DNA of 63,245 nucleotides, filler included, from Lenisia limosa (taxonomy: Eukaryota; Protista; Breviatea), in assembly GCA_001655205.1 (NCBI GenBank). It is 10 parts of 10 records of this genome, joined end to end, with 100 filler letters (N's around TTAATTAATTAA, not from the genome) between each part and the next. Parts side by side here need not be neighbours in the genome. Positions count along the whole stretch, not along the records: positions 58,905 to 63,245 come from LPNZ01008154.1; 9 more parts are not named here. One strand, written 5' to 3'. The notes beneath the pieces are model-generated. The model worked only from the letters and a program-made list of their open reading frames with translations, ran no database searches and had not been told where the DNA came from. Position 1 is the stretch's first letter; every line of letters starts with the position of its first letter. Positions 62,201 to 63,245 of this stretch are shown here, piece by piece. Made by a program: the position numbers and the translations under genes.

Positions 62201-62560
62201 ATTATTAAACCATCATCATCACATCATCACCCCTCAGGAATGTTTGCTTGAAGCGGCTGTGATCATGGAAGATGGATCGGTTTTACCTTGGAAAAAGGCC
62301 GTAAACAAACGAATGAGAGAGGTGAGTGGTGGGGATTCACTTCGGTTCGAAAACATGATCATAAGTATCGATAGTTTTTGAGTTCCCCCAATTTGGGCTT
62401 TTTTTTGTTTCATAAATTTGTCCAATTTAACTCCCCCCCCCCCAGGTAACTTCCGCGGATTGCGGAGTCGGTATTGACAACGACGGATTCACCTGTCCGC
62501 TTCTACCGGAGGTCTTCTTCTTCTCCATGTGCACCATGCCCCACCAGTACGCCAGGGTTT
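59213..62560 (+). CDS. Unassigned multi-exon protein with an N-terminal poly-Glu acidic tract
   Basis: ATG|intron|VDSEVRLTPRTTIELLF...EEEEE...DNYWGKTWNEEVSQ|, followed by further gt/ag exons (GVLQKHMKDLMTSIITHGFPE.., DLIESVFISAPCVEVIALP.., ECLLEAAVIMEDGSVLPWKK..). End unresolved. Confidence 0.6.
60520..60544. mobile_element. MITE family A terminal fragment
   Basis: ggatgcactttggttcgaaaaagtc. Confidence 0.5.
60790..60885. mobile_element. MITE family A copy (96 bp, TA flanks)
   Basis: TA|GGGATTCCCTACGGTCCAAAAAAGAC ... GTCTTTTTTGGGATCGAAGGGAAGCCC|TA; intronic. Confidence 0.88.
62331..62382. mobile_element. MITE family A partial copy just after a splice donor
   Basis: ggggattcacttcggttcgaaaacatgatcataagtatcgatagtttttgag. 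Confidence 0.6.
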
Positions 62561-63245
62561 TTTTTTTGTCAAGAGAAATTATATTTAAATCTCTTAGGAA
62601 ACATATAGTATACTAAGTACATAGGGTACCATAAAGATAAATTACCATTTTCCTGCGCACTCTTCGGTCTGAAAAAATCTCTTAATTTCTCATGTTTTTG
62701 TGGAACACATATTAACTATGATTAGAACACAAACAAAAGAGAGAGCAACAAAACAAGTAGGATAACTAGAGACTAGATAGAAAGATCATAATGAAAAAAC
62801 AATCAAACCAAAAAAAGATGACTTAATCTTCAAACGAGTTCAAACAAAATAATCTAATAAGCAAACAAAAAAGAAAAACAACAACCAAAAAAAGCTGAGA
62901 GCCGAGAATGCAAAGCGGCGGTGACTTTCCCAAGCATTCTACCGCAACGTCACTACCTAGAGAAATAGAATCTCCAGGCGGACAAACCCTTAGGACGGTG
63001 GTGGTATCTCAAAATCGACCGAACTGGTCTCCCACCTATACTTTACCCAGTCGAAAGTGGACGTCAGCGGATCACAAAATACTACATAGGGAAAACCATT
63101 GCTCCGCCAAACACAAAATGGTTTTGAAGGACAGTCAAAGATTTAAACGAAGTAGCAATCTCATTAGCAGCCAATAGAATAATGGGTCGGTTTTTTTGAA
63201 AAACTCGAACCGGTTTGCACCCAGGGGAAAATACGGTTTTTTTTT

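Noticed and set aside
63077-63096. KYYIGKT, suggesting a GIY-YIG endonuclease (Penelope-like)
   Set aside because: There is no upstream GIY/G(V/I)Y motif or downstream R...H, and the frame is short and closed.

Overview
This window is not one contiguous locus. It consists of ten draft scaffolds of an intron-rich, AT-rich unicellular eukaryote (standard code, mostly GT-AG introns of about 30-100 nt), joined by artificial 100-nt linkers (44 N + TTAATTAATTAA + 44 N). The scaffolds are 1-2455, 2556-20513, 20614-21842, 21943-23606, 23707-26535, 26636-48693, 48794-50400, 50501-51608, 51709-58804 and 58905-63245. Genes recognised by manual exon translation: ERCC8/CSA-like WD40 (partial), a multi-pass membrane protein, PEMT/OPI3, a DUF229-like protein, prolyl-tRNA synthetase, EXO84 (partial), an ankyrin-repeat protein, VPS15/PIK3R4, V-ATPase subunit C, eIF2D, a DH-PH RhoGEF fragment, a Cys-rich surface-protein fragment, a truncated DEAH helicase, and several unassigned spliced genes. 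The most notable non-host content is (i) a stand-alone, intronless, very AT-rich scaffold encoding a protein-primed family-B DNA polymerase (Polinton/Maverick, adintovirus, virophage or linear-plasmid type) and (ii) four apparently unrelated families of short non-autonomous inverted-repeat elements: about 10 copies of a ~92-bp TA-flanked hairpin MITE, a CAGTG-terminal MITE, an asymmetric-ended 400/631-bp element with 55-bp subterminal inverted repeats, and a ~930-bp TIR element. There are also frequent short intronic tandem duplications, one of which copied a splice acceptor. Gene names come from remembered family motifs rather than database searches, exon boundaries are approximate, and no RNA genes or CRISPR arrays are supported.
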